Source: Obrimoposthia wandeli
Lineage: Eukaryota
Assembly (NCBI GenBank): GCA_977020255.1
Contig: CDROCS010002422.1
Location: 186,001 to 250,000, forward strand
Direction of reading: 5' to 3'
Length of the DNA stretch: 64,000 nt
Positions 9,686-19,245 of this stretch are shown one piece after another. The notes below the pieces were generated by a model that saw nothing but the letters and a program-made list of their open reading frames with translations, ran no database searches and had not been told where the DNA came from. The translations under genes and the position numbers were made by a program. Position 1 is the first letter of the stretch; each line of letters starts with the position of its first letter.

Positions 9686-11461
9686 TCACAGCCGTACTTT
9701 TACATAACTGCCCGGCGCATCTTCTATTGCTGCAAAGCCTTTTTTAGCTCCTGGTTGACGCGCTTTTACTTTTTTACCTGATTGCTCTGCTAGCCATTCA
9801 TGCCAATTTGGCCACCAAGAATGCTCATGCTTTTGCGCAGCTTTGAACCATTGCTCTGGGGTATCACCAAGCTCATCACTTATCCAGTGCGGATATTTAC
9901 CGCCTTCTTGTGGATTAATAACCCCCGCTAAGTGTCCAGAACCTGATAACACAAATTGCGTAGGGCCCGACACTAAATGCGCACCTTTGTAGGAGCCTTG
10001 CCAAGGTACAATGTGATCGGCAATCGTGGAAAGAAAATAACAAGGGACATCGATTTTTGCCAAATCAATACCAATATCATCAATCACAAAACCACCCTCA
10101 TCACGTAAGCAGTTATTAATATAAGTATTTTGTAGATATTGCTTAAAAGCAGCGGCGGGAAAATTGGTAGGATCGCTATTCCAATACAGTAAATCGAAAG
10201 GCGCAGGGTCTTTACCCTTTAAATAATTATTAACGAAGTATGACCAAAACAAGTTATTTTCACGTAGCATGCTAAAGCCTAAACCTAGCACCCTGCCATC
10301 AAAGTAACCTTTTTCATCAGCGGCTTTTTCGATCATCGGCAAGTTTTTTTCACTCAGATAAACCCCTACTTCCCCTGGTTCTTCAAAATCTAATAACGTC
10401 GTTAGGAAAGTTAAAGAATTAATCCGCTCGTCACCTTGCGCCCTTATATAAGCCGCAGCAGTTGCCAAAAGCGTACCGCCAACACACCAGCCCACCATAT
10501 TTACTTTGTCGCTGTTGGTGATTTCCTGCACTACATCTAAAGCCGCTAGTGGGCCTTGCTTCATGTAATCCGTAAAGTCTTTAGCTGCAAAACTTGCATC
10601 AGGATTGACCCAAGATATGATGAAGACACTGTGGCCTTGCTCTACTAGCCAGCGCACTAGCGATTTCTTCTGATCTAAATCTAGAATGTAATATTTATTA
10701 ATAAAAGGCGGTGTTATCAAAATAGGCTTTTTATAAACACTCTTGGTTACTGGCGTATAGTGAATTAACTGTATAAATTCATTTTGAAAAACAACTTTAC
10801 CAGGTGTTGCAGCGATATCTTCCCCTAATGTAAATGCATTGGGGTCCGTTTGGGTGATACTAAAAGCATCTGCAGGACTGCGCTGTAAATCTTGCATGAA
10901 GTTTTGCATCCCATCGACCAGGTTTTGCCCTTTGCTTTCTAGTATTTCGCGACACACTTCGGGGTTTGTCAAAATACTATTAGTTGGCGAGGAAGCATTT
11001 ATATATTGGCGAGTATAAAATTTTACTTGTTCTGCCACTTTAGGATCAGCAAATTCAAGTGAATCAACCATATTATGAAGCATTTTAGAATTGAGCAAAT
11101 AAGCTTGTTTGATATAACTGTAAACAGGGCTTTGTGACCACTCTTGATCTTTGAAACGATGATCCCCTTTCGCCTCACTTATCACGGGCTCAACTTTTTC
11201 ACCTAGCATGGCTTTGGTTGCGCTTTGCCATAGTTTCATTTGCTGAGTCATGAAATCCATTTGCTCAGTGACAAGCTTTGCAGTATCTACATTTGCCGAT
11301 GTTAATAATTCGCTAAATTGTTCTGCATCAACCGGATTCATCGCACTGGCAGCTTGTGGATTTAGAGATTTACTCAAAACATCCTGTAATTGCTGATTAA
11401 AAAGCTCGCTGAACTGCTCAATATATTCTAATACTGTTGCCTCTGAGTCTTGCTTCACCAT
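9686..11461 (-). CDS. phaC: Class I PHA synthase
   Basis: TPGKVVFQN, PPFINKYYILDL, lipase-like box GWCVGG, WNSD, DHIV, SGHLAG; ATG 11461 follows GGGAG. Confidence 0.95.
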   Translation of the reverse strand: MVKQDSEATVLEYIEQFSELFNQQLQDVLSKSLNPQAASAMNPVDAEQFSELLTSANVDTAKLVTEQMDFMTQQMKLWQSATKAMLGEKVEPVISEAKGDHRFKDQEWSQSPVYSYIKQAYLLNSKMLHNMVDSLEFADPKVAEQVKFYTRQYINASSPTNSILTNPEVCREILESKGQNLVDGMQNFMQDLQRSPADAFSITQTDPNAFTLGEDIAATPGKVVFQNEFIQLIHYTPVTKSVYKKPILITPPFINKYYILDLDQKKSLVRWLVEQGHSVFIISWVNPDASFAAKDFTDYMKQGPLAALDVVQEITNSDKVNMVGWCVGGTLLATAAAYIRAQGDERINSLTFLTTLLDFEEPGEVGVYLSEKNLPMIEKAADEKGYFDGRVLGLGFSMLRENNLFWSYFVNNYLKGKDPAPFDLLYWNSDPTNFPAAAFKQYLQNTYINNCLRDEGGFVIDDIGIDLAKIDVPCYFLSTIADHIVPWQGSYKGAHLVSGPTQFVLSGSGHLAGVINPQEGGKYPHWISDELGDTPEQWFKAAQKHEHSWWPNWHEWLAEQSGKKVKARQPGAKKGFAAIEDAPGSYVKVRL

Positions 11462-11829
11462 AAATCTCCCTATTGTCAATATAATGCCATCGTGCTGTGA
11501 TATGTACTTTAGCGGTTAGCTAAAGCTTGCGCAATGCGACTGTAGTGTCTATCAGCAAACTTAACGTATCTATGTTGCAAATCAATGTTGGCTAATATTT
11601 TATCAGACAAGTAGCTCTCAACAGAATTTAAACGAAACACTTTGTTATGCTAAAGCGTCTTCAGCAGACTTTAAAATCAGCATGCAACTTTGCCCATTTT
11701 CTTCCTATAAAAGCTCTTGGTACAGGCAAAGAAAGAAAATAACGAATTGAAAGAATTGGTTTAAAACAATGGATGATAACTTAACACTAAACGGCTTTCC
11801 TCTCGACGAAGGCCTAAAGCCTATTAGCG

Positions 11830-12516
11830 TTATAACGCCACCCCTTTTTCTTGGCGATGTGATCGTAACATAGACAGCATTTGGGACATTTGAACAGCCA
11901 TTAGAACTTGTTCTTTTTGTAAAATTTTAGCATGTTGTTTAATGATATTTAGTTGACGCTGTACACGCCCTTCATCAATCGGCTTTTGGCTTAGCTCTGC
12001 AATCACCGTGATTTCACAATATTGCTTATAGAGCACATCGTTATACATTAAGCTATCTAGCAATATTTTAAAAAGGGTATTTGCTTTTACAATTTGTAAG
12101 CGCAATGCATCATTACTGATCCTGCCTAACAATTGGCTATTTGCATTGTATACAAAAAAATAGTCACTGTTTTGCACATAATTTTGCAATAAAGCGCCAC
12201 CTTCTGACAGACTCTCAATATCTCTGCCAATTTTGTTTTGAAAATTTTCAAACACTATTTTTGATTCGACATGTAGTGCTTGCAAATAACCATCAATTTC
12301 ATTTTTATCCGCTTCATTCGCTAATTGCTGTTGGTCAAAAACGGTTCTAATAGCTACTTTTTTTGCATAATGAGCCGCAACTATGACACCTACGCACAAT
12401 CCGGCTAAAGAGCTTAACCAAACACTGTTACTCGACAATATATTGACCGATTCCTCTAAAGAAAACCAATTGGCGACTTCTGTAATAGTGTTATCTAGTA
12501 TTTGGGAAAATTCCAT
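11830..12516 (-). CDS. Hypothetical protein with N-terminal membrane segment
   Basis: 228-aa ORF, one hydrophobic helix near the N-terminus, no recognisable catalytic motif. Confidence 0.7.
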   Translation of the reverse strand: MEFSQILDNTITEVANWFSLEESVNILSSNSVWLSSLAGLCVGVIVAAHYAKKVAIRTVFDQQQLANEADKNEIDGYLQALHVESKIVFENFQNKIGRDIESLSEGGALLQNYVQNSDYFFVYNANSQLLGRISNDALRLQIVKANTLFKILLDSLMYNDVLYKQYCEITVIAELSQKPIDEGRVQRQLNIIKQHAKILQKEQVLMAVQMSQMLSMLRSHRQEKGVAL

Positions 12517-12573
12517 GCTTTAAATTTCTCTATTATTAGCTTTAAAATCTAATTCTTCTTGTTGATCTATTAT

Positions 12574-12724
12574 CATTGCTGTCCGGTTAAAAAGTGTAAG
12601 CACTCTAACTTATTGATTTGTGGCTTTCTAGCATAGGTAATTGGATTTTTTAGCCAAATAACACTTGTAGTTAACGTAAAATTAATGAGTTCATGAACAA
12701 CAAACGTTAAACTGGACACTAATG
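12574..12724. mobile_element. MITE-like element, copy 2 (151 bp)
   Basis: TIRs CATTGCTGTCCGGTTAA / TTAAACTGGACACTAATG; perfect 9-bp duplication ATCTATTAT at 12565-12573 and 12725-12733. Confidence 0.85.
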
Positions 12725-12872
12725 ATCTATTATAAAGGATCTGTAAGTAAAAGTTTTAACTCGCTGCATAGTTACATCTGCAAGTTAGTGTTTTTTGCGT
12801 CAACCTTTAAATATTAAACACACCGAATAAACAGCTTGTGCTGCCAGAAATCGCGCACTATTTAACGGATGT

Positions 12873-13778
12873 TTAATAGCGTTTGCGCTTTTTTTGACTC
12901 AAAAGCAAAAACAATCCACTACACATAACTAGCGCTCCTCCCATAAATGCATATTGATCTGGCAGTTGTTCGAAAATCAACCAGCCGAGTAATAACGCCC
13001 AAAATATTTGAGTATACATAAAAGGTGCAACCACTGTTGCCTCTGTATATTGATGCGCTGCTATGATTAAACTGTGTGCTACACCGCCAAATAAACCTAT
13101 TGAGATAAGCGCTAACCAAGGTAACAAACCAGTAGGAGTTTGCCAAAAAAATGGCACTAATAAAGTGCTCACTAATGCACCTATCATCGCGGTATAAAAC
13201 AAAGTAACAGGTAAGGGATCGGTGTTTGCCAGTTTGCGAGTAATCACATTGTATATTGCAGTACAACAAGCTGCACCGAAAACAAAAAGAGCACCTAATG
13301 CCAAATTGTCTTGTCCACTTTGCACTTCATGCAGTTGCGTACTTAATTCCATACCCGGCCTAACAATAACTAACGTCCCTATAAAACCAACAGCTATCGC
13401 TACCATAGCTGACAATTTAACTCGCTCACCCAGCAAGGGAATAGATAAAATAACCACCAGCGCAGGTACTGTAAAAAAGATTGCCGTTGCCTCCGCTAGG
13501 CCTATCATGGTTAACCCGTAAAAAAACAAGGCGGTATCTAGCAACAAAATTAGCGAGCGCAGAATTTGCATTGACAACCTATTCGCCCTAAAAATACTGT
13601 TCCCATATCGAGGCCACAACACCACCAACATCAGTAATAGGTGCCCTATATATCGCGCCCAGACGATTTGTGGGATGGGTAACATCTCTCCCAAATATTT
13701 CGCAAAGGCCTCTTGCACCGATATAAATGCCATTGCCCCCAACATGCACAATATTCCACGTGTTTGATTTGCTTCCAT
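12873..13778 (-). CDS. DMT/EamA family transporter
   Basis: Ten hydrophobic helices, LLGERV and IVRPG motifs, two EamA halves. Confidence 0.9.
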   Translation of the reverse strand: MEANQTRGILCMLGAMAFISVQEAFAKYLGEMLPIPQIVWARYIGHLLLMLVVLWPRYGNSIFRANRLSMQILRSLILLLDTALFFYGLTMIGLAEATAIFFTVPALVVILSIPLLGERVKLSAMVAIAVGFIGTLVIVRPGMELSTQLHEVQSGQDNLALGALFVFGAACCTAIYNVITRKLANTDPLPVTLFYTAMIGALVSTLLVPFFWQTPTGLLPWLALISIGLFGGVAHSLIIAAHQYTEATVVAPFMYTQIFWALLLGWLIFEQLPDQYAFMGGALVMCSGLFLLLSQKKRKRY

Positions 13779-13804
13779 GTAGATCCTAAAGAATTACTCA
13801 ATGT

Positions 13805-13919
13805 CATTGATTTGTGGTTTTCTAGCATAGTTGATTGGAATTTTTCAGCCAAATAACACTTATGGTTAACCTAAAATAAATGAGTTATAGAACAACAAAA
13901 ATTAAACTAGACACTAATG
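13805..13919. mobile_element. MITE-like element, copy 3 (115 bp, left end shortened by 36 bp)
   Basis: Same body and right end (TTAAACTAGACACTAATG); perfect 9-bp duplication ACTCAATGT at 13796-13804 and 13920-13928; begins at the internal CATTG. Confidence 0.82.
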
Positions 13920-14140
13920 ACTCAATGTATAAACACTTATTTAAAAACATATAAAAGCGACTCTGCCTCGGGCGAAATACAGATTAATTTCTTTAGAATA
14001 TATTAATAAGTTCGAAAACTATGGTTAGCGATAAACAGCTATTTAGGGCCAGTTCACAAATTTCATCTTAAAGTTAAATTTTTGATTTTAATAGGGATGA
14101 AATGAAATTAATTCATATTCAGCACCGAACATAGCGCTCT

Positions 14141-14686
14141 TTAAAATAATTCAAGTGAATGCGTTAGTGTATGTTTACCTACCGTATTTGCCTCTAAGTG
14201 CAGAAGTCTCTCCTTGCTGTTCAATCCTCCCGCATAGCCTACTAGTTTTCCATCGCTGCCGATAATTCTATGACAAGGTACTATAATTGAAATGCCGTTT
14301 GCGCCGTTTGCCGCCGCCACAGCTCTTATCGCTTTAGCATTATCCATAGCTTGAGCTAATGACAAATAAGATGATGTAGTGCCGTAGTCAACTCTTAGCA
14401 ATTGCTGCCAAACACTTTGTTGAAAATCGGTGCCTACTAGCAACAAGGGCACATCAAATTTTTGCCGCTTGCCCGCAAAGTATTCAATTAATTGCGTTTT
14501 CGTTTGCGCTATCACGCTATCTGTTTGTTCTACATAATTCGCATTTAGTAAGCGTTTTATTCTGTTATCAACTGCATTGCGCATTTTTCTGTATCGCCAG
14601 TCACACAGGCATAATTGCTGGTTAAAAGTGCCTAACATTAACTCGCCGAAAGGCGTTGGCATATACTCTATGTTTATTTGCTGCAT
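14141..14686 (-). CDS. ogt: Methylated-DNA--protein-cysteine methyltransferase
   Basis: GTDFQQSVW, RAVAAANGAN, active-site PCHR, GYAGG. Confidence 0.93.
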   Translation of the reverse strand: MQQINIEYMPTPFGELMLGTFNQQLCLCDWRYRKMRNAVDNRIKRLLNANYVEQTDSVIAQTKTQLIEYFAGKRQKFDVPLLLVGTDFQQSVWQQLLRVDYGTTSSYLSLAQAMDNAKAIRAVAAANGANGISIIVPCHRIIGSDGKLVGYAGGLNSKERLLHLEANTVGKHTLTHSLELF

Positions 14687-14934
14687 ATATATTTCCCGCT
14701 ACAGATTTACTTCTAAATATCTGATACTCATTACGTGGGCATTAAAAAAATGAAACTGTTAACATATTATTTTTAACGGATTCAAGTTTTTAGTAAAACA
14801 CCCCTAAATTAACACACAAACAACGCCTAAACGCTAAATATATTTCTCACTATTATTAAGCTATTTACTCTGACAATTTCAACATTTGCAGTTACAATAG
14901 CGCTTTGAAATTATAGCTAGAGAAGGCAATTGTA

Positions 14935-15381
14935 ATGCGTATTTGTGGGATTGAATTAAAAGGGGCGGAAGTCATTATTTGCCTATTAGACTATCAACAA
15001 GGAGCTTTTAATGTTGCCGACTGTCGCCAAAGGCTTTTTGCGATTTCAAACTCTGCAACATCCGATGCAATGCGTAGTTTCAAATTCACCATCGAAAAGC
15101 TAATTGAAGATTATAAGATTGAAAAGTTTGCATTGGTTGAGCGTATGCAAAAAGGGAAATTCGCAGGTAGCGCCACTAGCTTCAAAATTGAAGCTATTCT
15201 GCAATTATTAGATACACCGACTATTTTGTTATCTACCACCGAAATTAAAGAATTAATCAAACGCAATCCTTTAGACGTTACGGTAGAAGAGCTTGGGTTA
15301 AAGAAATTTCAGCATGCAGCTTTTAGTGTGGCTTATGCACAGCACAACAAAGATATTTATGGCACTGATGCAAGTGAGTGA
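14935..15381 (+). CDS. DUF3010-like protein
   Basis: MRICGIELKGAE...KGKFAGSATSFKIEA pattern recognised from memory as DUF3010. Confidence 0.7.
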   Translation: MRICGIELKGAEVIICLLDYQQGAFNVADCRQRLFAISNSATSDAMRSFKFTIEKLIEDYKIEKFALVERMQKGKFAGSATSFKIEAILQLLDTPTILLSTTEIKELIKRNPLDVTVEELGLKKFQHAAFSVAYAQHNKDIYGTDASE

Positions 15382-15614
15382 CATTGAAATTGCTAATGTT
15401 TTAATATGTTAGCAATGCTTTTCAACGCCAGCAAGTTGAAATTACTGATCTAACCCCCATCATCTGCTGATTAATCCTCACTATAAATAAAACAGCATAT
15501 AATAAAAACACATTACACCTATTACCTCTGCTTAATTGATTTAAGGCTAACAGAGCGTATATTTAAATATTTATACTCACTATAAAAGCATAAGAAATTG
15601 CAGGAATACGTGTA

Positions 15615-18215
15615 ATGGAACCAACACTCAAGAGTTTTATCCTTAAATACAGTGGCAGGGAACAACTAATAGTATTGCTATTAACGTTGGTAATTTTCCC
15701 TATTTTGTATTTCTCTCTCGAGTTGCCAAAAATAATTATCAACGAAGCAATCGCCGGTGAAGGTGATAGAAGCGTTTGGGGAGTACAATTCACCCCTACC
15801 AGCTTTTTACTATTGCTATGTGCAGTGCTGTTATTGACAGTATTGTGTAATGGCGCTTTCAAAATGCGCATCAATACTTTCAAAGGTATTATTGGCGAAC
15901 GTATGGTAAGGCGCTTACGCTACCAACTTATTGGCCATGTATTACGCTTCCCACCTGCTCAGTTCCAACGGATATCTCAAGGTGAAATCATTTCAACCGT
16001 CACCTCTGAAACAGAACCGTTAGCGGGTTTTATTGGAGACAGCCTAGCTCAGCCCCTTTTTCAAGGTGGCACAATGTTAACCATCTTGACCTTCATGTTT
16101 ATGCAAGATCCTATTTTAGGTTTAGTTTCGATTTCGATGATTCCGCTACAAGCCTACATCATTCCTAAAATGCAAAAACGCCTCAATAAATTAAAAAAGC
16201 AACGAGTCACCGTTGTTAGGCATTTTTCAGGACAAATAGGGGAGGCAGTTGACGGGCAGCGCGAGATAAAATTACACGGCACACAGCGTTATCATTTAGC
16301 ACAGTTTTCACACACTTTAGGACGGCTATTTAAAATTCGCTTTGATATTTTCAAACAGAAATTTTTTATGAAATTTATCAACAATTTCTTAAATCAACTA
16401 CCGCCTATTCTGTTTTATGCCGTCGGCGGAATTCTTGTCATCAAAGGTCAGCTTAGCATTGGCGCGTTAGTTGCCGCATTAGCGGCTTATAAAGATCTCG
16501 TTTCCCCTTGGAAAGAGCTGCTCGCTTACTATCAACAATATCAAGATTCAAAAGTACGCTATGAATACATACAAGAGCAGTTTAATCCGGAAGGCTTAGC
16601 AAGTTTTGTCGCAAAAAGAGCAGATAACTTCCCCAATTTTAGTGCTGGGCTGCACTTTAAGAACCTGTATATAAAAAATGAGCGCGGCTATTTTATCAGT
16701 CAAAATATTAACCTAAATATCAAGCCTGGCAGTCATTTAAGTATTTTCAGTGACAGCGAAGTACTGCTGCGTAAACTTGCCATGAATATTGTTAAGTTAG
16801 AGCCATTAGCAGCTGGTGACATCAAAATTGGTGAGATGAGTATCAACGCTTTAGCTTCAGAGCTGTTAAGTAAAAAAGTAGCTTATATAGGCCCTGAGCC
16901 CTTTATGATTGAAGGGACTATCTTACAAAATATCAATTATGGATTACGCCAGCAACCCCCCAATAGAAATCTCTCTTTATTAAACGCCGCGCAATTAGAA
17001 ACGATAACAGAATCAGCGGCTTCAGGTAACAGCATTGATAGTATCGATGATATATGGACCGATTTCTCACTGGCAGGAGTAGAGGGCTGGACAGAGCTTT
17101 CCCTTTGGTTACAAGATGTATTATCTGCCATCGGCGCGAGGCGCACGGTGTTTGAGTTTGGCCTTAAAGATTATATAGACCCACTGGCAATAGCCCCGAC
17201 TATCCATGATAAATTTTCTCTTACAAAGGAAGATTTGTTTACTAATCTGCGCGGCGTAGAAGCGGACGAACTTATTGAAAGGTTCGATATTGAACAATAT
17301 AGCGAGCACTTAAGCGTTATTGAAAATATTGCCTTTGGTTTACTTGAAAGCCAAGATGAGCAACAGACACTGCAAACATTGAGCGATCATCCTCTATTCG
17401 TCACAGCACTGCAAAAGACAGGCATATACAAAACCTTGCGCGATGTAGGAGAAAAGCTGGCTTACCATATTATTAATCAAATGGAAGAGCTGGGACCTAA
17501 TGATCAACTTAATAATAGCTACCGTTTTTATGATGTTGATTGTGTACGCAAACAACTATCGACGTGTATGGGTAGACCCGATCACCTACCAAGCTGTGAG
17601 TTTTTATTGAGTATGGCACTGAGCTTACGGGTCAGTATGCACGGTAAAACGTGGATTGATGATGCACTAAAATCTGATATTTTAACCTTGCGCAGACAGC
17701 TAATTTCTTCACCTATTAGCGCTTTCTCTGATTACTTCGAGCCCTTGCGTAAAGGGCGTATGAACCAAAGGTTGACGGTCATGGAGAATTTGCTTTGGGG
17801 CTTTGAAAGAGCACCAAACAATCAGCGCCAGCATCAAAAATTAGTAGATATTGTCGAACAAGCCCTGATCGAAAACCAGGCCGAAGCATTGGTGTTAATT
17901 GTGATATCTCTCTCAAAAGTAGGTATACGTGGAGAGCGGTTACCGCAAATAGCCAAACAAAACATCCAATTGATGCGGGCTTTAATAAAGCGTCCAGAAG
18001 TACTACTAATGCACAATGCTTTACCGGGAAGGAACATCGATGAAATCAATGAGCTGCTCGCTGGCATCAAACAAATATTACCTAATACCAGTGTGATTGT
18101 TTTTTCTAGCCAGGTTAGGGTAACCGCTGAGCATGTAGAATATTACCAGCTTGATCTGAACGGGATTCGTCCATTAAATGAAGAAGCACCTTTAGTCACC
18201 TTAGAAAGCTTTTGA
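15615..18215 (+). CDS. ABC exporter-type protein, TMD plus degenerate split NBD
   Basis: ABC transmembrane domain (aa ~15-310); NBD with Q-loop region (YIGPEPFMIEGTILQNI) but no GxxGxGKS, signature replaced by LPQIAKQ, Walker B replaced by LLMHN, and a long insertion. Confidence 0.8.
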   Translation: MEPTLKSFILKYSGREQLIVLLLTLVIFPILYFSLELPKIIINEAIAGEGDRSVWGVQFTPTSFLLLLCAVLLLTVLCNGAFKMRINTFKGIIGERMVRRLRYQLIGHVLRFPPAQFQRISQGEIISTVTSETEPLAGFIGDSLAQPLFQGGTMLTILTFMFMQDPILGLVSISMIPLQAYIIPKMQKRLNKLKKQRVTVVRHFSGQIGEAVDGQREIKLHGTQRYHLAQFSHTLGRLFKIRFDIFKQKFFMKFINNFLNQLPPILFYAVGGILVIKGQLSIGALVAALAAYKDLVSPWKELLAYYQQYQDSKVRYEYIQEQFNPEGLASFVAKRADNFPNFSAGLHFKNLYIKNERGYFISQNINLNIKPGSHLSIFSDSEVLLRKLAMNIVKLEPLAAGDIKIGEMSINALASELLSKKVAYIGPEPFMIEGTILQNINYGLRQQPPNRNLSLLNAAQLETITESAASGNSIDSIDDIWTDFSLAGVEGWTELSLWLQDVLSAIGARRTVFEFGLKDYIDPLAIAPTIHDKFSLTKEDLFTNLRGVEADELIERFDIEQYSEHLSVIENIAFGLLESQDEQQTLQTLSDHPLFVTALQKTGIYKTLRDVGEKLAYHIINQMEELGPNDQLNNSYRFYDVDCVRKQLSTCMGRPDHLPSCEFLLSMALSLRVSMHGKTWIDDALKSDILTLRRQLISSPISAFSDYFEPLRKGRMNQRLTVMENLLWGFERAPNNQRQHQKLVDIVEQALIENQAEALVLIVISLSKVGIRGERLPQIAKQNIQLMRALIKRPEVLLMHNALPGRNIDEINELLAGIKQILPNTSVIVFSSQVRVTAEHVEYYQLDLNGIRPLNEEAPLVTLESF

Positions 18216-18404
18216 ATACAGGTTACCTGATAAAAAGAAGGTTAATCTACATTTAATAGAGATGTATTAGGCAAAGGTCAAATCATCAGAGAGTTAATCC
18301 CCCTCACCTTGGGACGAATTTTAGTAACAACAATGCCCAGAGAGATCTTTCCCAAAAGGTGTCTATTTAGCTGCAGTTGTAGCAAAGCTAAAACTGCATA
18401 GTTA

Positions 18405-18977
18405 TTACTTTTTCCAATTTGCCCAAGGATCGTCATCTACCGCACCGCTTGAACCGGCATTATCATCACGTGAATAACCGCCACTGCTTTTATGATTGTC
18501 TTGCTTATCCCAAGGGCTACTTTCTCTTGGCTTTCTGCTTTTATCTTGCCCTCTGCCTTTACTAAAATTACCTCTGCCATTGGATCCACGGCTTCGCTCT
18601 GCAGTCTTTTTGTCACGCTTTTCCTGTAGACGCGCGGCATCTTCCAGTGATAGATCAGCAGGCTCTCTCGGCACTTGCCCATCTGGCACAATGCGATCTC
18701 TTGGCGGTATCGCAAATTGCTCAGAAGACGCTCTAGGTAATCTTTTATATTCATACATATAAAAGCCTTCTACTTTTTCACGAGCCCAATCCGTTTTTTT
18801 CAAAAATTTATAACTAGAATCAACACTTGGGTTGGTTTTAAAGCAATTGATATTTAGGTAAGCAAACAGAATATCAAACCCATATTGAGTCACTAGCTCA
18901 TTGAGTACTTTTTTTAAACTCACACCATTTAGTGGATTGTTTTTGTATTTAATTTCTTCGCTCATTACAGTACTCAA
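18405..18977 (-). CDS. VF530/DUF2132 family protein with disordered basic C-terminal tail
   Basis: NNPLNGVSLKKVLNELV...CFKTNPSVDSSYKFLKKTDWAREKVE. Confidence 0.82.
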   Translation of the reverse strand: MSTVMSEEIKYKNNPLNGVSLKKVLNELVTQYGFDILFAYLNINCFKTNPSVDSSYKFLKKTDWAREKVEGFYMYEYKRLPRASSEQFAIPPRDRIVPDGQVPREPADLSLEDAARLQEKRDKKTAERSRGSNGRGNFSKGRGQDKSRKPRESSPWDKQDNHKSSGGYSRDDNAGSSGAVDDDPWANWKK

Positions 18978-19245
18978 TTTAGTTATTTATGATGCATTAT
19001 CCTAGGTTCACCAGATAAGTGCGAAAAGCTGTGCAGGTTTTTGTCATTTAACTGCTGAACTAAGGATTATACCTGCCATCTGGCAGCGCAGATAGTAACA
19101 CATCCACCCTAAGCCCTTACTTGGGGCTAAAAGTGGAAATCTACTATCGTTAAACAGCCTTTTGAGTGTGTTTTGAGATTTAAGCAATTATTTAGATCAG
19201 ACAACTCTTCAGACAACCATTTAAACATCTATTTAAATGTTGAAG

